Position numbers and translations under genes: made by a program
Notes under the pieces: generated by a model
What the model was told of the DNA's origin: nothing
The model's input: only the letters and a program-made list of their open reading frames with translations
Databases searched by the model: none
NCBI GenBank assembly: GCA_963778795.1
Contig: CAVZVU010000001.1
Coordinates: forward strand, 1,452,776-1,516,775
Reading direction: 5' to 3'
Length of the DNA: 64,000 nucleotides
From: an uncultured Pseudomonadota bacterium
Lineage (GTDB): Bacteria > Myxococcota_A > Polyangia > Fen-1088
Part shown: piece after piece, positions 12,397 through 22,693 of the stretch
Position numbering within the stretch: position 1 is the first letter of the stretch
How the letters are laid out: each line of letters starts with the position of its first letter

Positions 12397-13659
12397 TCAG
12401 GCTTCCGCGGCGGCGTGGCGTTGCCGGCGCGCCACGATAACGAACAGCACGCCCGAGATCCCGAAGGCGATCACCGCCAGCTGCAGCGCGGTGGCCACGC
12501 TGGTCGATTTGGCGACCCACCCGATCACCGCCGGCGCCGGCGCGTTGCCCAGCACGTGGATGCCGAACATGAACACCGCCTGCAGCGTCGCGGCGAACTG
12601 CGGCGGCCCCAGCTCGTCGACCACCGCCGCCGAGGGTCCGTTGTAGACCGATAGCAAGAATACCGCGACCGCGGTCAACACCATGAACAGGGGCTTGATC
12701 GTCACCACCAGGCAGCCGACGCCGAACGGGACCGCCAGCAGCATCGATGCGCCGATCGCCAGCGCGTGGCCGCCCGCCGCGCGGCGGTTGAAACGGTCGC
12801 CCGCCATGCCCCCCACGATCACGCCGCCCGCGCCGCAGCCGAGCCCCACGAACGCCATGAACGCGCTGCCGACGGCGACGGTGAAGTGGCGCTCCTCGAC
12901 GATCAGCCAGCGCGCCCAGAAGATCAGCGCGCTGGCGCCGAACGTCGCCAGGATGCCTCCCGCCAGCGCCAGCACGTAGGTGGTCGACAGCAAGTAGGAC
13001 CGCGCCGGCAGCGCCACGGGACGCGGCAACCGCGCGGGCGCCGCGATGAAGGCCGCCAGGATCGCCAGCAGGATCGACGGCCCGCCCGCGATCCAGAACA
13101 CCCCACGCCAGCCGATGACCGGCGCCAGCAACGCGCCCAGCGCCAGCCCGCTGGTGCCGCCGATCGCCATGCCGACGTTGTAGATCCCCAGCGCGCGCCC
13201 GCGCTTCGCCGGTTCGGCGTCGGCGCACAGCAGGGTGTTGGCGCTGGGGCCGTAGGCCCCCTCACCCACGCCGACCAGCGCGCGGAAGAAGAGCAGCATC
13301 GGGTACGACGTCGACAGCGCCGAGCCGATCGTGGCGACGGCCCACACCATGATGCCCGCGAAGATGACCTTGCGCGGTCCGATGCGGTCGGCGATCGGGC
13401 CCGACGCCAGCGAGGCGACCGCGAAGACCAGCAGATTCACCGTCGCCAGCAAGCCCAGCTGGGTCAGCGACAGCTTGAAGGTCTCGCCGATGAGCGGCGT
13501 CATCCCGTACACCACCTGCCGGTCCAGGTAGTTGAAGAAGTTGATCAGCGTCAGCAGGGGCAGCGGCGGAACGCCGCGCGGACGCGCCGGTGCGGGCGGC
13601 GTGCCAAAGGGCGAGGCGAAGGTGGGGTTGGCGGCGGCGGGGTCGGGCGCCCCGATCAT
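12397..13659 (-). CDS. MFS transporter
   Basis: 421 codons from MIGAPD. About 12 hydrophobic segments. MFS signature-like GPIADRIGPRKV between TM2 and TM3. The upstream part of ORF 12397..14247 is an out-of-frame read-through and was not included. Confidence 0.9.
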   Translation of the reverse strand: MIGAPDPAAANPTFASPFGTPPAPARPRGVPPLPLLTLINFFNYLDRQVVYGMTPLIGETFKLSLTQLGLLATVNLLVFAVASLASGPIADRIGPRKVIFAGIMVWAVATIGSALSTSYPMLLFFRALVGVGEGAYGPSANTLLCADAEPAKRGRALGIYNVGMAIGGTSGLALGALLAPVIGWRGVFWIAGGPSILLAILAAFIAAPARLPRPVALPARSYLLSTTYVLALAGGILATFGASALIFWARWLIVEERHFTVAVGSAFMAFVGLGCGAGGVIVGGMAGDRFNRRAAGGHALAIGASMLLAVPFGVGCLVVTIKPLFMVLTAVAVFLLSVYNGPSAAVVDELGPPQFAATLQAVFMFGIHVLGNAPAPAVIGWVAKSTSVATALQLAVIAFGISGVLFVIVARRQRHAAAEA

Positions 13660-14247
13660 CGAAGGCTCTCGAGGCAGGCGATCGCCTCGGGCTTCGACCA
13701 GTCGCGCTTGTTGATGAAGTAGTGGCGCACCTTGCCGCTGGCGTCGACCATGAAGCTCTCGGGGAACTTCTCGGTGCCGAAGGTCTTGGGCACGTTCTTG
13801 CTGAGGTCGAGCAGCACGCCCATCTTCGTCCCCTTGACGAAGAACTGGCGCACGGCGTCCCAGCTGTCGTCGACGCTGACCGCGAGCATGCGGATGTCGG
13901 TCTTCTCGATCCGCCGCGCCAGGTCCTCCATCGAGGGCACCTCCTCGACGCAGGGCGGGCACCAGGTGGCCCAGAAGTTGACCAGCACGGGGTGACCGCG
14001 CTGCGCGCTCAGCGACACCATCTTGCCGTTGGCGTCGGGCAGCTGGAAGTCGGGCGCCTCGCGGTTCTGCAGGAACGGCGGCACCGGATCGGGCGACAGC
14101 GCGCGGCAGGCGTTGGTGCGCGCCTTCTCGAGCCCGTCGTGGGTCGCCGCGAAGAAGCGCACACTCAGGAAGCCGAGGCCGGCGATGGTCAGCAGCACCG
14201 GCCAGAGCCGCGTGCGGGCACGCGGCCGGTTTCACGTCTGGGGTCAC
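13656..14247 (-). pseudogene. TlpA/ResA-family thiol:disulfide oxidoreductase (one N-terminal frame change)
   Basis: Thioredoxin-fold motif FWATWCPPCVEE. Signal anchor [12 protein letters not shown]. The likely start MTPDVKPAA at 14247 is joined to the main frame by a shift near 14215. Its stop overlaps the MFS start (ATGA). Confidence 0.85.
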
Positions 14248-14251
14248 TTCG

Positions 14252-15268
14252 TCAAAGCTCCAATCCGACGACCGGCGCGATCGCGCGCACCGACTCCATC
14301 AGGGTGGCGAACTGCGCCGGCGTCAGCGACTGCGGCCCGTCGGACAGCGCCTTCTCCGGGTCGGGGTGAACCTCGACCATCAGCCCGTCGGCGCCGAGCG
14401 CGATCGCCGCGCGCGCCAGGGCCGGCACCGACAGCGCGATCGCCGGTGCCGTGCGACGGGTCGACGATGATCGGCAGGTGGGTGAGCCGCTTGATGAGCG
14501 GGATCGAGCCGAGGTCGAGCGTGTTGCGGGTCATCGTCTCGAAGGTGCGGATGCCGCGCTCGCACAGGATCACGTTGTAGTTGCCCTGCTTGACGATGTA
14601 CTCGGCGGCCATCAGGAACTCTTGAATCGTCGCCGACAGGCCGCGCTTGAGCATGACGGCGCGGCGCTGCCCGCCGACCGCCTCCAGCAGCGAGAAGTTC
14701 TGCATGTTGCGCGCGCCGATCTGCAGCACGTCGGCGTAGCGCGCCACCAGCTCGACGTCGCGCGTGTCCATCACCTCGGTGACGATCGGCAGGCCGGTCT
14801 CGGCGCGCGCCTCGGCCAGGATGCTCCAGGCCTTCTTCCTTCATGCCCTGGAACGCGTAGGGCGACGTGCGCGGCTTGAACGCGCCGCCGCGCAGGAAGC
14901 GCGCGCCCGCCGTCTTGACCGCCGCGGCGGTCGTCATCGATCTGCTCGCGGCTCTCGACCGCGCACGGGCCGGCGATGACGCCGAAGTGGCCGCCGCCGA
15001 ACTGGCCGCCGCCGATCTTGATCGCGGTGTCGTCGGGCTTCACCTCGCGCGACACCAGCTTCCACGGCTGCGAGATCGGCACCGCGTCGGCGACGCCGGA
15101 CATGACGTTGAACAGCCCGGGGTCGAGCGGCCCCTGGTTGCCGGTGATCCCGATCGCGAGCCGCGTCGAGCCCGGCATCTCGTTGGGCGTGAACCCGAGC
15201 TCTCGGATCCGCGCCTCGACCGACGCGACGTCGTCCTTCGTCGCGTCGGCCTTCATGACGATCAGCAT
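14252..15268 (-). pseudogene. aroF: 3-deoxy-7-phosphoheptulonate (DAHP) synthase, type I-beta with N-terminal regulatory domain (frame-disrupted)
   Basis: MLIVMKADATKDDV.. (ferredoxin-like N domain), [28 protein letters not shown] and IVDPSHGTG are found in three frames. Frame changes near 14440, 14790 and 14930. C-terminus ..APVVGLEL, with the stop at 14252. Confidence 0.85.
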
Positions 15269-15379
15269 GTTTCGAGTGTACGCCGGCCGCGCCGAACAGC
15301 GGAAGGCGGGGCCGCCGAAGTCGGCCCTCCGTCTTCCACGTTGCACGCTCCACGTTCCGCGCGCCGGCGGCCACCCGAC

Positions 15380-18067
15380 CTAGGTCTTCCGCTTCGCGGC
15401 GAGCGCCTTGCCGTGGCCGCCGGCCTTCTTCGGCCAGCTCCTCGTCGGCGATCTTCTTGAAGGTCTCGAACGGGTAGGCGCCCGAGATCTTGCGGCCGTT
15501 GATGAACACCGCCGGCGTGCCGTTGACGCCGACGGCCTGGCCTTCCTTGGTCTCCGACTCGATCACGCTCTTGTACTTGCTGCTGTCGAGGTCGGCCTTG
15601 AACTTGGCCATGTTGAGGCCCAGCTCCTGCGCGTACTTCTCCAGGCTGGGGCGGTCGAGCGCGGTGTTGTTCTCGAACAGCTTGTCGTGCATCTCCCAGA
15701 ACTTCCCCTGCGCGTCCGCCGCCATCGCCGCCTCGGCCGCCGGCTCGGCGTTGTTGTGGAAGGGGAGCGGGTAGTTCTTCCAGACCATGCCGGACCTTGC
15801 CGCCGTACTCCTTCTCGATCTGCGCCAGCGTCGGCTCGACGCGCTTGCAGAACGGGCACTGGAAGTCGGAGAAGATGACCATGGTCAGCGGCGCGTTCTT
15901 CGGCCCCTTGGCCGGCGAGTCGCCCGCCTCGACCTTGTAGATGGTCTTGTCCTGCTCGGGCGTCTTCTCGGCCTCGGCCGCCGCCTGGCCGCGCCGGCGC
16001 CGCCGGCACCTCGGTCTTCGCGTCCTTCATGATGACGTCGTAGACCTTGGCCTTGGGCGTCCCCTTGGCGACCAGCGCCTCGGCGCTCTTGAGCTCCTCG
16101 TCGATCTTGGCCTTGAACGCCTCGAACGGCTGCGCGCCCGACAGGAACTTGCCGTTGATGAAGAAGGCCGGCGTGCCGCGCGCGCCGATCTTGCCACCGG
16201 CCGCCGCGTCGGCCTCGATCTCGGCCTTGCCCTTCTGCGCGTCGAGCGCCGCCTTGAACTTGCCCATGTTGAGGCCCAGCTCCTGCGCGTACTTCTCGTA
16301 GGTCGGGCGGTCCATGGTCTGCTGGTTGGCGAAGATCTTGTCGTGCATCTCCCAGAACTTCCCCTGCTCGCCGGCGGCGCGCGCCGCGATGGCGGCCGGC
16401 ATGGCGTTGGGGTGGAAGGGCAGCGGCAGGTCGCGCCAGGCGACGCGGACCTTGCCCTTGTACTCGTCCATCACCTTGTTGATGGTCGGCTCGACGCGCG
16501 AGCAGAACGGGCACTGGAAGTCGGAGAACTGCACGATGGTGACCAGCGCGTCCTTGGCGCCCTTGATCGGCGCGCCCTTGACCTCGGCCCGGAAGACCGT
16601 GGCCGCGTCGGGCTCACCCTGGCGCGCCGGCGCGGGCGGCGGCGGCGGCCGCCTTGGTCGAGGCCGGCCTTGGTCAGCTCGGCGTAGAGCTGGCCGCGCG
16701 ACGTGCCGCTCTTCAGCTTCTCGTCGGCCTTCTTGATCTCCTCGTCGATGACGCCCTTGAACGCCTCGAGCGGCTGCGCGCCGCGGAAGTTGCGCCCGTT
16801 GATGAAGAAGTTGGGCGTGCCGCGCGCGCCGAAGTTGGCGGCGTCGTCCATGTCCTTCTTGATGCGGTCCTTGTACTTCTCGGTGTCGAGCGACGGCCTT
16901 GAACTTGCCCATGTCGAGGCCGATCTCCTGCGCGTACTTCTCGAGGTTCGGGCGATCGAGCGCGCCCTGGTTGGCGAACAGCTTGTCGTGCATCTGCCAG
17001 AACTTGCCCTGCTCGCGCGCCGCCTCGGCCGCCTCGGCGGCGATCATGGCGTTGTTGTGGAAGGGCAGCGGGTTGTGGCGGAAGGCGAGCTGGACGTCGT
17101 TGCCGTAGTCCTTCAGCACCGGCTCGAGCGTCGGCGACGACGCGGCCGCAGAACGGGCACTGGAAGTCGGAGAACTCGACGATGGTGACCTTCGGCTGCT
17201 TGCCGCCCTTGGTCGGCGCGTCGCCGACGGCGACCTTGTAGACCTCGGCGCCGGCGCCCGGGCCCTTGGCGGGCGGCTGGTTCGGCGCGGCCGCGGCCGG
17301 CGACGGCGCGGTCTTGGCGCCCGCCATGAACGTCGCGTAGAGCTGGCCCGGCGGCGTGCCGCGCGCGAGCATCTTGTCGGCGCGCGCGATCTCGTCGTCG
17401 ATCACCTTCTTGAACTCTTCGTACGGCATGCGCGCCCGCGATCTGGCGGCCGTTGATGAAGAAGTTCGGCGTCCCCTGCACGCCGATCTGGCGCGCCAGC
17501 GCCAGGTCGGCGTCGATGCGCGCCTTGCCTGCGCGAGCTGTCGAGCGCCGCCTTGAACTTGCCCATGTCGAGGCCCAGCTCGCCCGCGTACTTCTCGAGG
17601 TCGGGGCGCTTGATGTTCTGCTGGTTGGCGAACATCTTGTCGTGCATCTCCCAGAACTTCCCCTGCGCCTCGGCCGCCAGCGCCGCCTCGGCCGCGAGCG
17701 GCGCGTCGGGGTGGAAGGGCAGCGGGTTGTGGCGGAAGTACGATCCGGACCTGCGTCGGGTACTCCTTCATGATCTTGTCGAGCGTCGGGACGACGCGGC
17801 TGCAGAACGGACACTGGAAGTCGGAGAAGGCGACGATGTTGACCTTCGCGGTCGCCGGGCCGCGCGCCGGTCCCTCGAGCGGGACGCGGAACCGCTCGAC
17901 GTCGCCGACGGCCGGATCGACCGGACGCCCTTCGCGACCGCTGCCATCTCGGTACCGGCAGACTTTTCCTTGTTGCTGCTGCTTCCATCTTTGTTCGCGA
18001 TCTTGGCGAGACCGTAGGATCCGCCGGCGACCACGACCAACAAAACGATGACCGTGCCTTTGTTCAT
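15380..18067 (-). pseudogene. exported protein with four tandem DsbA-like thioredoxin-fold domains (frame-disrupted, about 9 frame changes)
   Basis: Signal anchor MNKGTVIVLLVVVAGG. There are four modules of ~217 aa, each with FSDFQCPFC..RV and GTP.FFINGR. The string GCAGAACGG(G/A)CACTGGAAGTCGGAGAA recurs at 15847, 16502, 17148 and 17802. The linkers have no stop once frames are reconciled. Confidence 0.8.
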
Positions 18068-18161
18068 GGGGGGCTCCTGAGTGCGTTTGACGAAAAGCGA
18101 GAAAATGAAAATCGCGAACCCGAATGGTTCACCGGGCTCGACTGACCCTCTATCCGAGCGA

Positions 18162-18200
18162 TCGACCGTCTGACGACCGACCGTCTGACGACCGACCGGC
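18162..18200. repeat. 15-nt tandem repeat (CGACCGTCTGACGAC, about 2.6 copies) upstream of the DsbA-like gene
   Basis: Units at 18162-18176 and 18177-18191, with a partial unit at 18192-18200. Intergenic. Confidence 0.7.
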
Positions 18201-18241
18201 TTGGGTTACCGGCGAGCTACGCTCGTCCGGTGTCCCTTTTT

Positions 18242-18784
18242 TCAGGCCCGGGGAGGTCTCTCGAGCGGCCGCCGCCCGCGCGACGGGAACGCAGCCGGGG
18301 TGTCGACGCTGATGCGCGAAGAGGGGAAGACCAAGAACGACGGGAGTGCGAACAGAGCCATCGGCTGCGCCGGTGTGGGGTTGACGGTGCCGTCGCGGCC
18401 TTCACCGGGGCTTCCCGTGCACGCGGCGCGCACACCGGCGTTCGAACGCTCGCGCCGGGCCGGCCGGAGGCTGCCCGGGGTGCGCTCGCTCTCCGGATCG
18501 CGCGAGGCGCGGTAGGAGGCGTCGAACGGCGTGCCGTCACATTCACCGCCCGCCGCACCCGGCCGTGCGTCGGCGACCAGCGGGGACGGGCAGTCGATGA
18601 TCGCCTGGGTGGCATAGCGCGGCTCGTCGGTGGAGGGGGCGGCGTCGCCGTCCGCATCCGCCATCACCGCTGCGATGTCGCACGCCGACGGACCCTGATC
18701 GCAGGCCGGATCCGCGGCCCAAATAGCGGGCGCCGAGGCTGAACCCGGAAGGGCTGCGATGAGGGCGACGACGATACCGATCAT
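18242..18784 (-). CDS. hypothetical secreted Cys-containing protein (weak call)
   Basis: Signal-peptide-like N-terminus MIGIVVALIAALPGSASAPAIWAA and several Cys residues. The C-terminal third is low complexity, so a frame error cannot be excluded. Confidence 0.4.
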   Translation of the reverse strand: MIGIVVALIAALPGSASAPAIWAADPACDQGPSACDIAAVMADADGDAAPSTDEPRYATQAIIDCPSPLVADARPGAAGGECDGTPFDASYRASRDPESERTPGSLRPARRERSNAGVRAACTGSPGEGRDGTVNPTPAQPMALFALPSFLVFPSSRISVDTPAAFPSRGRRPLERPPRA

Positions 18785-18883
18785 GGCGCGAAACCGGCGG
18801 AAGCCTAGCCCAGGCTGAACATGCCAGCAAGCGCGGCCATTCCCGACGCAAAAATGTCACCGGGTCGCCGCGGAGCCCCGGCG

Positions 18884-18992
18884 CGAGGGGTCGGGACCCC
18901 TAGTGGGGTTCCCATCGCGTGGGCGTAGCTTGGCTTGCCAAGCGGAGCCCTTCGCGGGAGGGTTTGGGAACCCTCCGAGGGTTCCCATCTTG
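18884..18992 (+). repeat. REP-like structured repeat: one full copy (18914-18990) preceded by a partial copy; same family as the repeat inside the kinase gene at 39910-40071
   Basis: About 80% identity to the 81-nt unit over ~75 nt. Hairpins GCTTGG-CTTG-CCAAGC and GGGAACCC-N5-GGGTTCCC. Confidence 0.75.
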
Positions 18993-19051
18993 CTTGAAGG
19001 AAACCGGCGATCGGCCTAAATTTCCGCCTCGAACTTGGGTGGCCCACCGCG

Positions 19052-19423
19052 ATGAATAAAGGCGTCGTCGATCAGCGCGCGTCCAGCTCAGGCGCATCCG
19101 CCGGGGGTGCAGTGCGTGCGTCGACCGACGCGCTCCCGCCTCCGCTCGATCCCGAGGCCGCCGCCGGCCCACCGCAGCGCCGCCGCCGCCGGCAGCGGCG
19201 TCACGAGCTTCCCGAGCGGCACCCGGGCAATGGCAGGCAAGTCGCGGTCATCACATTGGTGGCGATCGCGGTCCTTTTCTTGATCCTCTACGCCCTGCTG
19301 CCGCGTGAAAAGACCATCCGCGAAGAGCCGCAGTCGTCGGTGGCTCCCGGATCCGCCCTGCCGTGCCCGGGCGCGGGCTCCGGCGATCTCTCCCGTCTGT
19401 TCGCCCGTCTGGTCGTCGGGTAG
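19052..19423 (+). CDS. hypothetical small membrane protein
   Basis: 123 codons with high third-position GC, an Arg-rich stretch, then the TM VAVITLVAIAVLFLILYALL. No homology recognised. Confidence 0.45.
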   Translation: MNKGVVDQRASSSGASAGGAVRASTDALPPPLDPEAAAGPPQRRRRRQRRHELPERHPGNGRQVAVITLVAIAVLFLILYALLPREKTIREEPQSSVAPGSALPCPGAGSGDLSRLFARLVVG

Positions 19424-19545
19424 CGCCGCCCCGGTTGAGGTCCGCCGAGCTTCGAGAGGAAGCGGAAGGGGTCAATCGGGCGGCTGGCCGCTGGCGGGCC
19501 GGCGCAGGTGACCTAGCTTCGATATGAGCGGGGAGGTCGCGCGCG

Positions 19546-20142
19546 ATGACTTGGTTGACTGAAGAGCTCGGGATTGCCTCGCGTTGGGGCTGGGTCGTGC
19601 TGCGGGGCGTATTCGCGGTCGTGTTCGGCTTTCTGGCGTTCTCTCATCCGGGAGTCATCGGGCTGACGATGGTCTGGATGTTCGCCGGCTACGCGTTCGT
19701 GGCCGGCATCGCCACCTTCGTGGCGGCGGTGCAAGGCGGTCGCGCGGGGACACCCCGCTGGGGAACGATGCTGCTGGAAGCGTTGCTCAGCATCGGGGTC
19801 GGCATCCTCGCGCTGCTCTGGCCGGCGACCACCGCCTTGGCGTTCGTCTGGGTGCTGGGGGTGTGGGCGGTGATCAGCGGCGTGCTCGAGATGGCCAGCG
19901 CCATCAAGCTGCGAAAGATGATCGAGAACGAATGGGCGCTCGGCTTGGCCGGCGTGCTGTCGTTCACTTTCGGCGCGCTGATGTTGCTGCGGCCAGCGCT
20001 GGGTGGGCTGGCGGTGGTCTGGTTGCTGGGCGCCTATGCCCTGTCGTTCGGCATCCTGATGATCGTCGTCGGGTTCAGGCTGCGCAGCCTGGCGCACGCG
20101 CTGGGAGACAGCGGCGGCGACCGCCGCCTGTCGAACGCCTAG
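19546..20142 (+). CDS. HdeD-family (DUF308) membrane protein
   Basis: Six hydrophobic segments with the repeated G.L..G...I..G pattern typical of HdeD/DUF308. GGGAGG lies upstream of the ATG. Confidence 0.8.
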   Translation: MTWLTEELGIASRWGWVVLRGVFAVVFGFLAFSHPGVIGLTMVWMFAGYAFVAGIATFVAAVQGGRAGTPRWGTMLLEALLSIGVGILALLWPATTALAFVWVLGVWAVISGVLEMASAIKLRKMIENEWALGLAGVLSFTFGALMLLRPALGGLAVVWLLGAYALSFGILMIVVGFRLRSLAHALGDSGGDRRLSNA

Positions 20143-20151
20143 CGAGAAGAG

Positions 20152-20224
20152 TGCCCAGGGACAGAGTCGAACTGTCTACACATGGATTTTCAGTCCATTG
20201 CTCTACCAGTTGAGCTACCTGGGC
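20152..20224 (-). tRNA. tRNA-Phe (anticodon GAA)
   Basis: Cloverleaf read by hand: acceptor GCCCAGG/CCTGGGC, D arm GCTC-AACTGGTA-GAGC, anticodon stem ATGGA/TCCAT with loop CTGAAAA, T arm GACAG-TTCGACT-CTGTC, discriminator A. CCA is not encoded. Confidence 0.95.
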
Positions 20225-20286
20225 CGGTATGAAGCGGGCGCTACAATGCCCGCGTCGGGGTTTGGGGTCAACAGCAACCGCCCGGC

Positions 20287-21606
20287 CTAACCCTCGCCTG
20301 GCTCTTCGGTCTCGGGCGGCAGCGGGGTGCCGCGCAGGCGGCGGATGCGGCGGTCACGCACGTCGAGCACGGTCAGGCGGAAGCCCGCGGCGTCGACGAC
20401 GTCGCCGGGAACGGGCAGCTCTTCGAGCTGGGTCAGCACGAAGCCGCCCAGCGTCTCGACCTCCGGCGGCACCGGCGGGAAGGACAGGCCCAGGTCGCGC
20501 TTGGCGACGTCGAGGGTGAGGCGGCCGTCGGCCTCGAAGCTGCCGTCGCTGTGGCGCGTGACCGGGGGAATCTCCTCGAGGTCCTGTTCGTCCTGGATCT
20601 CGCCGACCACCTCTTCGACCAGATCTTCGAGCGTGACGATGCCGGTGAAGGCGTGGCCGCTGCCGAGGATGATCGCGATGTGCACGCGGCGCCGCTGGAA
20701 CTCGCGCCGCAGCCACTCGAGGCGCGTGTCTTCCGACGCGTAGATCGGCTCGCGCACCAGGTCGCGCATCCGTTCAGGCCGGCGCCCGGACGCCAGCGCG
20801 GCGACGATGTCCTTCAGGTGGACGTAGCCGACGACGCGGTCGTTGGCCGGCTCGACCAGCGGGTAGCGGGTGTACTGGTTGGCGACCGCGACGCGCAGGT
20901 TGTCGTCGAAGGGGCGCCCCGCCTCCAGCGTGACCACGTCCCGCCGCAGCGTCATCACATGGCGCGCCACGCGGTGGGTGTAGTCGAAGACGCGATCGAT
21001 GAGGCGGCGCGCGCCCGGCTCGAGCTGGACGTGCTGCAACACCAGGCGCAGCTCATCCGGCGAGTGCAGCATCTCCGCCTCCGACGCCGGCGGCAGCCGC
21101 AGCATCTTCAGCACCAGCGCCGCCGCCGCCTTCAGGGTCCAGGTCAGGGGGAACGCCAGCACGTAGAACGCGCGGAAGGGGACGGCCGCCCACAGCGCGA
21201 CCGGTTCGGTCATCTGGATGGCCAGCGCCTTCGGGGCCAGCTCGCCGAGCACGGTGTGCAGGAAGGTGATCACGGTGAGGCTGACGGCGGCCGACAGCGT
21301 GTGCAGCGTGCGCGGCGAGATGGTGCCGAGCTTGCCGATCACCGGGCGCAGGATCTCGGCGAAGGCCGGCTCGCCCAGCCACCCCAGGCTCAGCGACGCC
21401 AGCGTGATGCCGAGCTGGCTGGCTGACAGATACCCCGGAAGCTGGCTGGTGATTGTTTGCAGCAGGCGGGCGCGGCGCTTGCCCTGGTTCGCGAGCTGCT
21501 GCAGCCGCGTCGGCCGGATCTTGACGAAGGCGAACTCGGCGGCGACGAAGAAGGCGTTCGCGAGGACGATGAGCAGCGTCACGATCAACGCGAGCGTCGG
21601 CGACAT
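20287..21606 (-). CDS. HlyC/CorC (CNNM) family transporter: DUF21 membrane domain, CBS pair, CorC_HlyC domain
   Basis: ANAFFVAAEFAFVKIR (DUF21 signature), then a CBS-pair region, then the C-terminal transporter-associated domain. The 439-codon ORF is intact. Confidence 0.9.
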   Translation of the reverse strand: MSPTLALIVTLLIVLANAFFVAAEFAFVKIRPTRLQQLANQGKRRARLLQTITSQLPGYLSASQLGITLASLSLGWLGEPAFAEILRPVIGKLGTISPRTLHTLSAAVSLTVITFLHTVLGELAPKALAIQMTEPVALWAAVPFRAFYVLAFPLTWTLKAAAALVLKMLRLPPASEAEMLHSPDELRLVLQHVQLEPGARRLIDRVFDYTHRVARHVMTLRRDVVTLEAGRPFDDNLRVAVANQYTRYPLVEPANDRVVGYVHLKDIVAALASGRRPERMRDLVREPIYASEDTRLEWLRREFQRRRVHIAIILGSGHAFTGIVTLEDLVEEVVGEIQDEQDLEEIPPVTRHSDGSFEADGRLTLDVAKRDLGLSFPPVPPEVETLGGFVLTQLEELPVPGDVVDAAGFRLTVLDVRDRRIRRLRGTPLPPETEEPGEG

Positions 21607-21718
21607 GCGTTAGAACACCTCCGCCGCGCGCGCTGGCGGCTCGAGGGGGATGGGGGGCAGACTGATCGGGATCACGTCACACATCTCGGGCGGGAGTCTC
21701 GCACGGGCTGCGCCGAAT

Positions 21719-22643
21719 CTAAACGTAGTTGAGTCCATACCAGGGGAGGGGGAGCGGCTCGGGCGGCGTGACCAGCCATTGGCTCCCCATCGCGAGCGCG
21801 AACGGGGCGGTCGTGCCAGCCGGCGGCGCGCGCGCCGCCGACGGTTTCGTCGTCGTGCCAGGGGACGACAACCTGATCGGCCACCAGCGGCGCCGCGGCC
21901 AGCAGCGCCGGCCGGTCGCCCGCGAGCTCGAGCACGCGGCGGGTCGCTCGCCGCGTGACCGCGAGATAGCCCGCCGGCCGGCCCCCGCTCTCCACGATCC
22001 ACAGGTCGGCCGGCCAGGCGAAGATCACCGAGGCTCGCAAGAGGGCGTGCCAATCGGTGGCGCTGCGCACGAAGCGCACCGGTTCGGCGTCGTAGAGGCG
22101 GGCCAGCAGCGGCGCGTCCTGGGCGCCCGCCGGCCGGACGCCGATCTTGACGCCGGAGGAGACGCCGACGCCGACGCCGACGTCGACGCCGACGTCAGAG
22201 GGCGCCGAGGGCGCGGGAGGCGACCAGGCGGTCGCCGGAGGTACCGGGGCGAACCCCAGCCGCTGGTAGAGCGGCCCGTCGCCCGACACCAGCGCCAGCG
22301 CCACACCGGCGGCGCGCGCCTGGGCCAGCGCATCGGCGACCACCGCCGCGCCCAGCCCCCGCCCGCGATGGTCGGCGCGCGTGAAGACCGCGCCGAGCGC
22401 GCCGACCTGCACGGTCACGCCGCGCAACGACGCCGGGCGGACGCACAACCCGGCGTGCGCGACGATAGCCCCCGCGTCGCTGATGACGCGCAGGTTGGCC
22501 GATTCGGTCACCGAAAACAGCAACGGGTAGTCGCGGCCCATGTCCCCACCCGAGGGCCGAAAGACCAGGTTTGCCGCGGTGATCAGCGCTGGCAGCTCGT
22601 GCGGTGAGCAGGCGCGCGGTCCGTCCACGCGGCGATTATCCAC
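21719..22643 (-). pseudogene. GNAT family N-acetyltransferase, Eis-like architecture (one C-terminal frame change)
   Basis: Acetyl-CoA motif HRGRGLGAAVV. The expected C-terminus ..PLPWYGLNYV, with its stop at 21719, is in another frame from about 21830. Internal (DV/GV) hexanucleotide repeat near 22160-22200. Confidence 0.7.
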
Positions 22644-22693
22644 CCAGCGCGCCCGGATTCATAAATGCCTCCGGCCCTGGTAGTGTCCCGCCC

